This document shows positions 55,254 to 63,711 of a stretch of 64,000 bases of DNA, one piece after another. The notes below the pieces were generated by a model. It searched no databases. It was not told where the DNA came from and was given only the letters and a program-made list of their open reading frames with translations. The DNA comes from Candidatus Niyogibacteria bacterium (lineage in GTDB: Bacteria; Patescibacteriota; Minisyncoccia; HO2-45-28): assembly GCA_016432485.1 (NCBI GenBank), contig CP066691.1:217294-281293 (forward strand), given 5' to 3'. The stretch's first letter is position 1; the number at the start of each line of letters is the position of its first letter. The translations under genes and the position numbers were made by a program.

Positions 55254-56525
55254 TTACAACGTTACATATCCCTTTGAAAAATTCTTTATGACCATCCTGC
55301 GCGTTTCTTCTTTGCCGACATAAGAAGCGAAGATTTTATTCCAAAGCGCTTCCTGATGATGGTAAAGATATTTTATCATCTCCTTTTCTTTGACCAAAGC
55401 CATTACCGTATCAATCAGATTGAAACTGACCAGGATGTTGGCGCCGGATTCAGTCGGAAAATGGTTCCCCACCCAACCCAAATCGTGCCAAAAACTCAAA
55501 TCAAGCCCCGGAAATTTTTCATTGATGTGCGCGATATTCTCTTCGGCCTTGGACCAATGGATGGCCTCCGGGTTAATATGCGGCTCAAAAAGCCGCCAGT
55601 CATTCTCGTCGTCTTTAGCCAAATATCTTTGTACTATCATCCAATTCAGCTTACGGCTGTCAGGAAGGCGTTTATCCAAAACATCACCCCTAAGGGAAGC
55701 CGTCAAAAAATTGGAAAATGTTTCGGAAAACCACAGCGGGTCTTGAGGGTGTTCGGCGTGTTCATAAAACATATCGGAATAAAAAGTTATTTCGTGCAAA
55801 TAATGCAAAATAAGGGTAAAGAGCCGCAGGGATTCGCCGGGCGTTTTAATGTCTTGGGGCAAAACGAAAATCAGCCCCAACTCTTTTAAGTGGCTGACAT
55901 TGTGATATTTCTTTTCCATAAATTTTTCAGCCAATCGTATCCAATTGTTGCCCAAAACCAAAAGGTCTATTTTTCTTCTTTCAAAATCATCCGGCGTCAA
56001 TTCGGAATATGGAGCGAAAAAAACATTGTTCAGCCAATCTCGGTCTTCGGCAAAACGAAGGGCCGAAAAAACCTTTCTTATATCTTCTTTGGCCAAAAGG
56101 TCTTTGATGTCGCCTGCGCCGAAAAAAGACATAATATTTTTCGGCGGATTCATCCGAAGCAGCTCTTCGGCCTTTGACCATTTAAGAAAAAATCCTTCAC
56201 CGACCATGGACAACTCATCCGCTTTTTCGGTTAAAATGCGATAACTTTCGGGGTCGGTTCCGGCGCGTATTCCAAAAGCGCGCGCAAGAGATTCATCGTC
56301 TTCCTGAACTTTTTTAATCAGCGCGCGGTATATCGTGACCGCATGTACATCGCTGATTTTTAACTCCTTTAAAACGGACTCTATGCGCCTGTGATTTTCT
56401 AGGCATACGCTCGCGACAACCCCGGATTTACCGAAACGCTTAGCCATCATTTCATCCATATGCGCGAGAGTATCCTGGTCAACGCGCAAAATCCCGGCAA
56501 GGCATTTTAACGGGTCTTCATTCAT
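55254..56525 (-). CDS. Hypothetical protein (423 aa)
   Basis: ORF only; overlaps the pfkB-family gene by 4 nt. Confidence 0.5.
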   Translation of the reverse strand: MNEDPLKCLAGILRVDQDTLAHMDEMMAKRFGKSGVVASVCLENHRRIESVLKELKISDVHAVTIYRALIKKVQEDDESLARAFGIRAGTDPESYRILTEKADELSMVGEGFFLKWSKAEELLRMNPPKNIMSFFGAGDIKDLLAKEDIRKVFSALRFAEDRDWLNNVFFAPYSELTPDDFERRKIDLLVLGNNWIRLAEKFMEKKYHNVSHLKELGLIFVLPQDIKTPGESLRLFTLILHYLHEITFYSDMFYEHAEHPQDPLWFSETFSNFLTASLRGDVLDKRLPDSRKLNWMIVQRYLAKDDENDWRLFEPHINPEAIHWSKAEENIAHINEKFPGLDLSFWHDLGWVGNHFPTESGANILVSFNLIDTVMALVKEKEMIKYLYHHQEALWNKIFASYVGKEETRRMVIKNFSKGYVTL

Positions 56526-57529
56526 ATTTTTTCAGACGAAATCTTTAATTTAGACCAGCGCGCTTTTAAGAATTCTTTTTTGGTAATAAGTCCGGCTTTG
56601 GCCCCCACGCGCTCAACTTTGGAAGTGGCATTGGCATTAGCCAGACGAAGAGCAAAAATAATATTTTTGGGCTTTCGCATAAGGCCGGCCGTAAACCCCG
56701 AACCAAAGGCATCGCCAGCTCCGGTGCGGTCAACGATGGCTTTTTCTTTGAATGTGCCGCTTCGCCAAATAGTTTTGCCGTCGGAAACGAACGACCCTTC
56801 GGGCCCCCTGGTCATCACGGCAATGCCGTCAATAATCTCGTCAAATTTTTTAAAAATCTTTTTTGTGTTTTGATACGGAATTTTCAAAAGGTCCGCGGCT
56901 TCTTCCTGATTGATTATAAAAATGTCAATGTGGCGTAAATACGGCTTCAGTTTGGCCAAACCTAGTTTCAAATCATTGCCTCCGGGATTCCAGGCGATAC
57001 GCGCGCCGTATTTTTTCTTAAGGTCCATCGCGCTTTTCACGATGTCCAAATCCCCCGATAATGAACTTAAATAAATCCAGCGGGCTTTAATTTTAGCCCA
57101 CGGAATTTCACTGGCGTTCAGGCGCCAATTGGCGCCTCGATGAGTTAAAATTGTCCGCTCTCCCGATGGATGTTCCAAAATAACCGAGTAAGCCGTGGAC
57201 AATTTTGAATCGCGCTGGATAAAACCGGTGTCCACTTTTTCTTTTTTCATCTCGCGCAAAACCGCTTCTCCCGAAACATCATTGCCGATTCTGAAAATTG
57301 CCGATGTTTTAAAACCTTGTCGGGCAAAGGTAGCGGCGGTGTTTGTGCCGGCGCCACCCGTTGAAAAATGAACTTCGTCAATGGCGATTTTTGTGCCCAA
57401 ATCAAAACCTAAACCCCTGCCCGTAAAAAATTTCGGGCTTTTTAGAATTTTGAAACTCTTTGACCTAAAAAGCGCGTCACGGGTAGCCGAGCCAATGGTA
57501 ATAACATCAAACATAAATACATTATACAT
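56522..57529 (-). CDS. PfkB-family carbohydrate kinase (ribokinase/fructokinase-like)
   Basis: ITIGSATRD...; C-terminal DRTGAGDAFGSGF anion-hole motif. Confidence 0.82.
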   Translation of the reverse strand: MYNVFMFDVITIGSATRDALFRSKSFKILKSPKFFTGRGLGFDLGTKIAIDEVHFSTGGAGTNTAATFARQGFKTSAIFRIGNDVSGEAVLREMKKEKVDTGFIQRDSKLSTAYSVILEHPSGERTILTHRGANWRLNASEIPWAKIKARWIYLSSLSGDLDIVKSAMDLKKKYGARIAWNPGGNDLKLGLAKLKPYLRHIDIFIINQEEAADLLKIPYQNTKKIFKKFDEIIDGIAVMTRGPEGSFVSDGKTIWRSGTFKEKAIVDRTGAGDAFGSGFTAGLMRKPKNIIFALRLANANATSKVERVGAKAGLITKKEFLKARWSKLKISSEKI

Positions 57530-57580
57530 TCTGTTTTCTTTAAAGTATAATAACTATGGATATTCTCGTATAGTAAGAGG

Positions 57581-57701
57581 GGCGCAGGCAATGGTCGGAC
57601 CTGGCGGATGTCATGTTGATGTGGAAGAATGTCATTGTTCTTGCCATGAACCCGGCTCTTCCAAAGTTCATATGAAAAAGAAATTCAATAAGGTTAAATA
57701 A
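57581..57701 (+). CDS. Small Cys/His-rich peptide (about 39 aa: MVGPGGCHVDVEECHCSCHEPGSSKVHMKKKFNKVK)
   Basis: RBS AAGAGGGG; followed by the terminator GCCGCGAA-tt-TCGCGGC plus a T-run at about 57733-57765; below the cutoff of the ORF track. Confidence 0.4.
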
Positions 57702-57800
57702 GGACTAAATGTCACCGTCTATAAAAACTATGCCGCGAATTTCGCGGCACTTTTATTTTTTTAATCCAAGAGCCCTTAGTTTAAGGCATTTTTTATTCTA

Positions 57801-57829
57801 TTGACAAAATAATGACTTTGATATATAAT
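57801..57829 (+). promoter_or_regulatory. Perfect consensus sigma70 promoter TTGACA-N17-TATAAT
   Basis: ttgaca 57801-57806, tataat 57824-57829. Confidence 0.7.
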
Positions 57830-57878
57830 TAAGTAGGAAAATCTGGTTGCTGTACACCAACCATAGGGAGAAAAACAA

Positions 57879-58040
57879 ATGGAAGAAGATAGGTGGTTTC
57901 TTGTTTCGCTGTTTGGAACGTTGCTACTGATGTTACTCCCGCTCATCGTCCAGATCATCGCCCCACAGCTCCATCAAGACCCTTCCCCGGCCCACATCTA
58001 CCCCGCTGACCGCGTCTTGGAACAACTGTCGTTTCGGTGA
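57879..58040 (+). CDS. Small hydrophobic peptide (53 aa, one TM helix), GC-rich. MEEDRWFLVSLFGTLLLMLLPLIVQIIAPQLHQDPSPAHIYPADRVLEQLSFR
   Basis: RBS GGGAG 9 nt upstream; found by hand (below the ORF-track cutoff); the minus-strand ORFs 57776..57958 and 57933..58145 are rejected. Confidence 0.45.
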   Translation: MEEDRWFLVSLFGTLLLMLLPLIVQIIAPQLHQDPSPAHIYPADRVLEQLSFR

Positions 58041-58300
58041 TCGCCTCGCGGTCAATAGAACAGGAACAAGCGGGTTCGGCAGAAAACTTCTGAACCCGCT
58101 CCCACCAAAGTTTTTAAGAAGTGGTCCAGGTCCGACTTGGACCAAATATCTCGAAAATTTTGGTGGGAAGTTCTTTTACAACTTCAACATAATCCACGAC
58201 AGCAGATGGGAAATAACAAATTATTCTTTTAACTATTTTGTTTCTCGTCTGCTGTCGTGAGGACAGCAAGCTAAAACTCAAGCTAGAAGCGTGAGGCTTC
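58041..58300 (+). ncRNA. Highly structured 260-nt intergenic segment with three strong stems: AGCGGGTTC/GAACCCGCT; CCCACCAAAGTTTT/AAAATTTTGGTGGG enclosing GGTCCA/TGGACC; and a 12-bp CACGACAGCAGA/TCTGCTGTCGTG. Candidate leader or sRNA
   Basis: Stems identified by eye; no protein-coding potential with an RBS. Confidence 0.3.
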
Positions 58301-58314
58301 TAAAGGAGGTTGCG

Positions 58315-58716
58315 ATGTCCGCAAAACATGTAGTAGTCGCAAAAACCTGGGTCGTGATTGATGTCATTAACCAATTTCTCCACGCCTTTTGGCTAAACAG
58401 GGTGATAGATGGAGACATTATCTATGAATATACCTCCCCTGATGAAAACGAAGTAATTGCCCGTGTGGAGGCATACAATGCATCAGAGGGATGGGAGATG
58501 TGTATTTCAATTCTGCTTTCCCAAATACCCGGTGGGTGGGAGCCAAAAGAGATAGAAATTTTGGGAGTCGGAATCGCATACGACGATCCGCTGGCTTCTC
58601 TTCGGTTTCGCAAGTTTACAGTACAAAGACGGTGGCAAACACAGGAATTCATAAGGCACGGCATAACTGGCAATAAAAAGAGATCCGAATTTACTTTCTT
58701 GCCGGTGATTCAATAG
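58315..58716 (+). CDS. Hypothetical protein (133 aa)
   Basis: RBS AAAGGAGG 6 nt upstream of the ATG at 58315; the ORF track starts at 58291. Confidence 0.55.
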   Translation: MSAKHVVVAKTWVVIDVINQFLHAFWLNRVIDGDIIYEYTSPDENEVIARVEAYNASEGWEMCISILLSQIPGGWEPKEIEILGVGIAYDDPLASLRFRKFTVQRRWQTQEFIRHGITGNKKRSEFTFLPVIQ

Positions 58717-58734
58717 AGATACCAGCAAAACCGC

Positions 58735-58835
58735 CCGCCGCGGGTCAGCAAGACCGCGGCATTTTTTTACCCCCACACCAATCTGGCAATGACGCTTTTA
58801 AGCGCGTGAGAAAAATTGCCCGATTGGTGTGGGGG
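58735..58835. terminator. Composite element E2: a GC hairpin terminator (GCCGCGG...CCGCGGC plus T7), then a 21-bp imperfect inverted repeat CCCCCACACCAATCTGGCAAT (24-nt loop) ATTGCCCGATTGGTGTGGGGG. Same family as E1
   Basis: Shared TTTTTTTACCCCCACACCAAT...ATTGGTGTGGRGGTTTAT framework. Confidence 0.75.
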
Positions 58836-58847
58836 TTTATTTTCTCA

Positions 58848-58881
58848 AAACATTCCAACATTCTGCAGAATGTTGGAATGT
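58848..58881. terminator. Perfect 34-bp palindrome AACATTCCAACATTCTG|CAGAATGTTGGAATGTT (central CTGCAG), flanked by T-runs on both strands. Bidirectional terminator between E2 and tkt
   Basis: 17-bp arms with no loop. Confidence 0.6.
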
Positions 58882-58882
58882 T

Positions 58883-59881
58883 TTATTTCCTTTTTATTAC
58901 TCTGCGAGCCGCCTCAATTATGTGTTTGGGGCCCATTCCAAAATATTCTATAAGTTCATTTGGCTCGCCGGATTCGCCGAAACGATTGCGAACTCCCACA
59001 AATTCAATGGGAACAGGATAATTACGGGCGACTATTTCGGCTACGGCCGAGCCCATTCCCCCATTTATTTGATGCTCCTCAACAGTTACTAAACATCCGG
59101 CGTCTTTAGCCGCTTTCAAAATAGTACTCTCATCCATTGGTTTTATCGTGTGATTATTTATTACGCGGACTTTAATCCCTTTCTTTTCCAATTCTGCCGC
59201 GGCCAAAAGCGCGTTATGCGTAAGCGGCCCGCAAGCAATAATCGCCACTTGCAAAGGCATCGCCTTTGCATCCCAGAGAATTTCGGCGCGGCCTACTTTA
59301 AACGGAGTTTTATCGGTCGTAAAAACAGGCGTTTTTTCTCTAGCAAAACGCAAATAAACCGGCCCTTCCAAGCCAGCGGCCTCTATAGTCGCCTTTTTTG
59401 CCTCCACTGCGTCACAGGGCACAATAACGGTCATATTGGGAATTACGCGGGTTATGGCAATATCTTCAATCGCCTGATGAGTCGCGCCGTCAGGACCCAC
59501 CGAGACCCCGGCATGCGCTCCGGCAATAATGATATGACGTTCATTATAAGCAACGGTCGTCCGTATCTGCTCCCAATTCCTGCCGGGACTGAACATAGCG
59601 TAGGAAGAAATGTAAGGAATTTTTCCGGCGGCAGCCATACCCGAAGCGACTGAAGCCATATTTTGCTCGGCCACGCCCATTTCAACAAACCTTTCGGGAA
59701 ATTCTTTGGCAAACGCCTCCGAGCGCGTGGATTCGGTTAAATCCGCGCAAAGCACCACAACATTTTTATTTTTCTTGCCCGCTTCCACCAAACCCTCGCC
59801 ATATCCGTTTCTCGTCGGCGCCTGCGCGACTTTTTTTAAATCCAAAACCTCTTTTACTAATTTTGATTTAATATTTATCAT
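58883..59881 (-). CDS. tkt: Transketolase, C-terminal subunit (pyrimidine-binding and C-terminal domains) of a split enzyme
   Basis: 332 aa; overlaps the N-terminal subunit gene by 4 nt. Confidence 0.88.
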   Translation of the reverse strand: MINIKSKLVKEVLDLKKVAQAPTRNGYGEGLVEAGKKNKNVVVLCADLTESTRSEAFAKEFPERFVEMGVAEQNMASVASGMAAAGKIPYISSYAMFSPGRNWEQIRTTVAYNERHIIIAGAHAGVSVGPDGATHQAIEDIAITRVIPNMTVIVPCDAVEAKKATIEAAGLEGPVYLRFAREKTPVFTTDKTPFKVGRAEILWDAKAMPLQVAIIACGPLTHNALLAAAELEKKGIKVRVINNHTIKPMDESTILKAAKDAGCLVTVEEHQINGGMGSAVAEIVARNYPVPIEFVGVRNRFGESGEPNELIEYFGMGPKHIIEAARRVIKRK

Positions 59882-60762
59882 TGGTGCTCACTCTTTATCC
59901 TGCCCCATAATGTTCTTAATTCTTTAAGCGCTTCAATGCCCTGTTTGTCTTTTGGAAATCTGTCCTCGGGACCTTTACCGGGTGGGTTGCCGTGCCAGCG
60001 AAAATCGCGCTCCATATATTCCACGCCCTTTCCGGGAATGGTGTGCGCGATAATCATTGTCGGCTTTTCATAAACCGCTTTGGCTTCGTCAATCGCCGAG
60101 TTCAATTCCTGAAAATCGTGCCCGCCAACTTCAATGACATGCCATCCGAACGCTTCATATTTGGCGCGTAGCGGCTCAAGCGGCATTATATCTTCGGTAT
60201 TGCCGTCTATCTGGATATTATTTCTATCCATAATCGCGACCAGATTCCATAATTTTTCACGGCCCGCGAGCATAGCCGCTTCCCAAGTTTGGCCCGCGTC
60301 ATGTTCGCCGTCAGACATCAGGCAGTACACAATATTTTTCTTACCATCCATTCTTAACGCAATCGCCATGCCGACTGCCTGCGAAAGTCCGGAACCCAAA
60401 GGACCGGAAGTTGTCTCAAGCCCCGGAAGCGAAGTGCGGTGAGGATGCCCCTGCAAACGCGTACCCAATTTGCGAAGCGTTTTTGTTTCTTTAACCGGAA
60501 AATATCCGGCATGAGCCATTGCGGCGTACTGCACCGGACAAATGTGGCCGTTGGAAAGCACCAGCCGGTCGCGCTCGAACCAATCCGGCTTTTTTGGATT
60601 ATGACGCAAAACATGAAAATACATCAGCGCAAAAATATCGGCCATGCCCAAAGGGCCGGCCGAATGGCCCGACCCCGCTTCAATAAGCGATTCAATCAAA
60701 GTTTGGCGAATTTCATTCGCTTTTTTTTCTAAAAATTTTACTTTATCCTCGTGAAGATGCAT
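59878..60762 (-). CDS. tkt: Transketolase, N-terminal (thiamine-diphosphate-binding) subunit
   Basis: 294 aa; ...GHSAGPLGMADIFALMYF..., GDG TPP motif CLMSDGEHDAGQ. Confidence 0.88.
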   Translation of the reverse strand: MHLHEDKVKFLEKKANEIRQTLIESLIEAGSGHSAGPLGMADIFALMYFHVLRHNPKKPDWFERDRLVLSNGHICPVQYAAMAHAGYFPVKETKTLRKLGTRLQGHPHRTSLPGLETTSGPLGSGLSQAVGMAIALRMDGKKNIVYCLMSDGEHDAGQTWEAAMLAGREKLWNLVAIMDRNNIQIDGNTEDIMPLEPLRAKYEAFGWHVIEVGGHDFQELNSAIDEAKAVYEKPTMIIAHTIPGKGVEYMERDFRWHGNPPGKGPEDRFPKDKQGIEALKELRTLWGRIKSEHQ

Positions 60763-60786
60763 AAAATAGCTGTTAGCTTGCAGCTG

Positions 60787-61443
60787 TTAGCTTTTAGTTA
60801 TCGCTGACTGTAAATTTTTTATTGCTTCTTTTGGGTCCGTAGATCCGAATATCGAGGAAGCCGCCACTATTATATTTGCCCCGGCCTCAACAAGTTCTCC
60901 GGCATTATCAACGCCGACCCCGCCGTCAACTTCTATTATACACTCGAGACAAGCCTGCCGTAAGGCGCGAATTTTATCCGTAATCTCCGGCTGCATTTTT
61001 TGTCCGGCAAGACCGGGATTAACTCCTAAAATCTGAATTAAATTAACCATGTCCCAATGTGGTTTGGTTTTAAGCCAGGAGGTTTCGGGCTTAATCGCGA
61101 TGCCCGCCTCAATGCCCGCTCCGATGCATTTTTGGATAATAAGTTTGGGGTCATGTCCGGCCTCAAGATGAAAAACAATTCTACTCACGGGCTCAAAGAG
61201 CCAATCGTCAATTCGGCGGTCAATGTCGGAGATCATTAAATGAAGTTCAAGATCAAAAATCGTCTTGAAACCGACTAAGTCCTTCGGGTCGTGCCAAATT
61301 GAGTTTTTGGTAAAAGTGCCGTCAGCTACGTCAATATGGACATATTTTATGCCGAATTTTCGCGTAAGGGGCTCAATCAAGCGAACGCGCCTTTCTATTT
61401 CCTCAAAATTATCGGCATTAATAGCCGGAATGAATTCGGGCAT
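60787..61443 (-). CDS. rpe: Ribulose-phosphate 3-epimerase
   Basis: 218 aa TIM barrel; ...HIDVADGTF..., ...HLMI... Confidence 0.88.
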   Translation of the reverse strand: MPEFIPAINADNFEEIERRVRLIEPLTRKFGIKYVHIDVADGTFTKNSIWHDPKDLVGFKTIFDLELHLMISDIDRRIDDWLFEPVSRIVFHLEAGHDPKLIIQKCIGAGIEAGIAIKPETSWLKTKPHWDMVNLIQILGVNPGLAGQKMQPEITDKIRALRQACLECIIEVDGGVGVDNAGELVEAGANIIVAASSIFGSTDPKEAIKNLQSAITKS

Positions 61444-61518
61444 AAACTTATTTTACTAAAATTTGCCGAAAAAATAAAAAGCCGGCGATCTTGCTGATCG
61501 CCGACACAAACAAACGCG

Positions 61519-62088
61519 CTATCTTTTCGGGACAGGAAATTTTCCTAAAATCTCTCTATCCGCGCCGTTCTTTTCAGAAACAAAGAGGCGGGCGTCAACG
61601 GCAAACGGCAGAGGGGAAAGCTCCGGATAATCCTTGCCCTCGGAGGGAGAAATCTCGGGATAATCTATTTCAACGTATATTTCGCCGTCGGCAAAAGCCG
61701 CGTAGGCGCATTCTGTTCCGTCTTCAAGCTTCAGCGCCCAGCGATATAAAAACACCTCGCCCTCTTCACCCCCAATATAAAATGTGTAGAGGAATGTCGA
61801 ATCAACTACCCCAGGAACCATTAAACCGCCCTTATCAACCCAGGGCGGAGGCGCCTCTCCCGGATAACGCCATCCTTTTACCGCAATAAACCTGCCTGAG
61901 TCCTTAAAAATTTCCGTTTCGTCAGACATGGCCAAAACGAGCTTGCTTGTGTCGGGCCTGGAAGCCGGCTTTAATTTTTCACAAACGAGGGCGACTGATT
62001 TCTCATGCGAGGCAGCAACACCGCTCGTAAAAAGCATAGCCACAAAAAAAACAACAAACGCTCCGGCAAGACCTCTGAAAGATTTCAT
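61519..62088 (-). CDS. Hypothetical secreted protein (signal peptide, 189 aa)
   Basis: N-terminal MKSFRGLAGAFVVFFVAMLFTSGVAAS. Confidence 0.5.
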   Translation of the reverse strand: MKSFRGLAGAFVVFFVAMLFTSGVAASHEKSVALVCEKLKPASRPDTSKLVLAMSDETEIFKDSGRFIAVKGWRYPGEAPPPWVDKGGLMVPGVVDSTFLYTFYIGGEEGEVFLYRWALKLEDGTECAYAAFADGEIYVEIDYPEISPSEGKDYPELSPLPFAVDARLFVSEKNGADREILGKFPVPKR

Positions 62089-62130
62089 TGCTTTCTTCCT
62101 CCTTAATTGCGGAACTCTTTCGTCAGGATA

Positions 62131-62577
62131 TTAAAACGAATCTATTTTGTCAATACGTCTTTTGTGCCTCTCTTCGCCGGAAAAAGGCGTCTCAAGCCAA
62201 ATTTTGACTATGCGTTTTGCCGTCTCCTCATCAATAAATCTTGCTCCTAAAGATAAAATGTTAGAGCCGTTATGTTCGCGCGACAGCTTCAAAATTTCTT
62301 CAGGCCCTCCGTAATATACCGCCGCTCTTACGCCTTTTACGCGATTGGCAACCATCGCTTCACCCTGTCCGGAACCGCCAAGAACAATCCCTTGACTGCG
62401 CTCGGGGTCGGCGGCCACGGCCTCAGCGGCCTTGCGAACGAAATCCGGATAATCATCTTGTTCATCATATTCAAAAGCGCCGTGATCTATAACTTCGTGC
62501 TCCAACTTTTCCAAAAACGGCTTAAGTTTTTCTTTAAGCTCAAATCCGGCATGATCCGTTGCCAGATGAATTATCAT
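62131..62577 (-). CDS. rpiB: Ribose-5-phosphate isomerase B
   Basis: MIIHLATDHAGFELKEKL...; start at MIIH gives an ATGA overlap with the gap stop codon; the ORF track extends to 62631. Confidence 0.85.
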   Translation of the reverse strand: MIIHLATDHAGFELKEKLKPFLEKLEHEVIDHGAFEYDEQDDYPDFVRKAAEAVAADPERSQGIVLGGSGQGEAMVANRVKGVRAAVYYGGPEEILKLSREHNGSNILSLGARFIDEETAKRIVKIWLETPFSGEERHKRRIDKIDSF

Positions 62578-63587
62578 AGGTAATCCTCCAGCGCCTCCAC
62601 ATGCTTCAAAAGCATGCTGCCGTATCCCCATTCATTGTCATACCACGAAAGAACCTTGACAAGATCGCCGTCAACGACGCGGGTAAAATCCAAATCCACG
62701 ATTGAGCCGTAGGGCTCGCCTAAAATATCTGCGGAAACCAGCGGTTCTTCGCAAACGCGCATTATGCCTTTCCATTCCGGAGACGCGGCGGCTTTTCTGA
62801 AAATATCATTTATTTCTTCAGCCGAAGTTTCGCGGCCGGCAACAAAAGTAAAATCAATAAGCGAACCCGACAGCACCGGCACGCGCATGGCAATTCCGTC
62901 AAACTTGCCTTTCATAAAAGGCGCGGCTTTAATCACGGCTTCAGCCGCCCCCGTGCTTGAGGGCACGATATTGACTGCCGCGGCTCTTCCGCGCCTGAAA
63001 TCTTTTTTAGCCGGACCGTCAACCAAATTTTGGGACGCCGTATAGCCGTGGACGGTATTCAAAAGAGCTTTTTTTATGCCCGGATTTTGCATCATTATGG
63101 CCGTAACCGGAGTCGCGGCATTAGTGGTGCAGGACGCGTTGGAAGTAATGCGGGACTTTTTAATCAGCTCCGTTCCGACATTGGGAGTAAAAGTTACCGA
63201 AGCGTTATCGTCTTTGGCGGGCGCCGTAATGACCACTCGTTTTGCGCCAGCATCCAAGTGAGGACTCGCCTTTTCAAAAGAATCAAAAACGCCCGTGGAT
63301 TCAACAACCACATCAATATCCAATTTTTTCCACGGGAGATTGGCCGGATCTTTTTCCTGAAAAAACCTTATCTCTTTGCCGTCAACCACAATATGATGCT
63401 CATCGTCAATTTTATGGCCGACTTCTTTGTCGTATTTGCCGTAAACAGAATCATATTTTAATAAATACGCCAAATTTTCAACGCTGCCCAAATCATTTAT
63501 GGCAACGACTTCAACATTTTTATGGCCGAACGCTTGGCGGAAAAATACGCGCCCAATCCTTCCGAAACCGTTTATTGCTATACGCAT
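62574..63587 (-). CDS. gap: Glyceraldehyde-3-phosphate dehydrogenase
   Basis: MRIAINGFGRIGR...; ASCTTN catalytic Cys. Confidence 0.93.
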   Translation of the reverse strand: MRIAINGFGRIGRVFFRQAFGHKNVEVVAINDLGSVENLAYLLKYDSVYGKYDKEVGHKIDDEHHIVVDGKEIRFFQEKDPANLPWKKLDIDVVVESTGVFDSFEKASPHLDAGAKRVVITAPAKDDNASVTFTPNVGTELIKKSRITSNASCTTNAATPVTAIMMQNPGIKKALLNTVHGYTASQNLVDGPAKKDFRRGRAAAVNIVPSSTGAAEAVIKAAPFMKGKFDGIAMRVPVLSGSLIDFTFVAGRETSAEEINDIFRKAAASPEWKGIMRVCEEPLVSADILGEPYGSIVDLDFTRVVDGDLVKVLSWYDNEWGYGSMLLKHVEALEDYL

Positions 63588-63610
63588 AATTCCATTATAT
63601 CAAATGTCTA

Positions 63611-63705
63611 AAGGTTTAAAAGTTTAAGGGTTTAAAAGTTTAAGGGTTTAAAAGTTAAAGGGTTTAAAAGTTTAAGGGTTTAAAAGTTTAAAGGTTTTAT
63701 TATAA
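63611..63705. repeat. Tandem 16-mer (gggtttaaaagtttaa) x about 6, intergenic between gap and trxB
   Basis: aaaggtttaaaagtttaagggtttaaaagtttaagggtttaaaagttaaagggtttaaaagtttaagggtttaaaagtttaaagg. Confidence 0.9.
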
Positions 63706-63711
63706 AAAGTT

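Noticed and set aside
26553-58040. The GC-rich segments as chimeric assembly or contaminant DNA
   Set aside because: Each GC-rich ORF is bounded within a few tens of bp by AT-rich, host-like promoter and terminator sequence and sits neatly in an intergenic gap. That argues for real insertions. It cannot be excluded without read data, and it is listed as a check in the findings.
13261-63705. CRISPR array associated with the Cas2-like gene
   Set aside because: No series of direct repeats separated by unique 25-40 bp spacers anywhere in the window. The three 36-bp palindrome copies are kilobases apart. The tandem arrays (7-, 8-, 11- and 16-mers) have no spacers. No cas1 or other cas gene is present.
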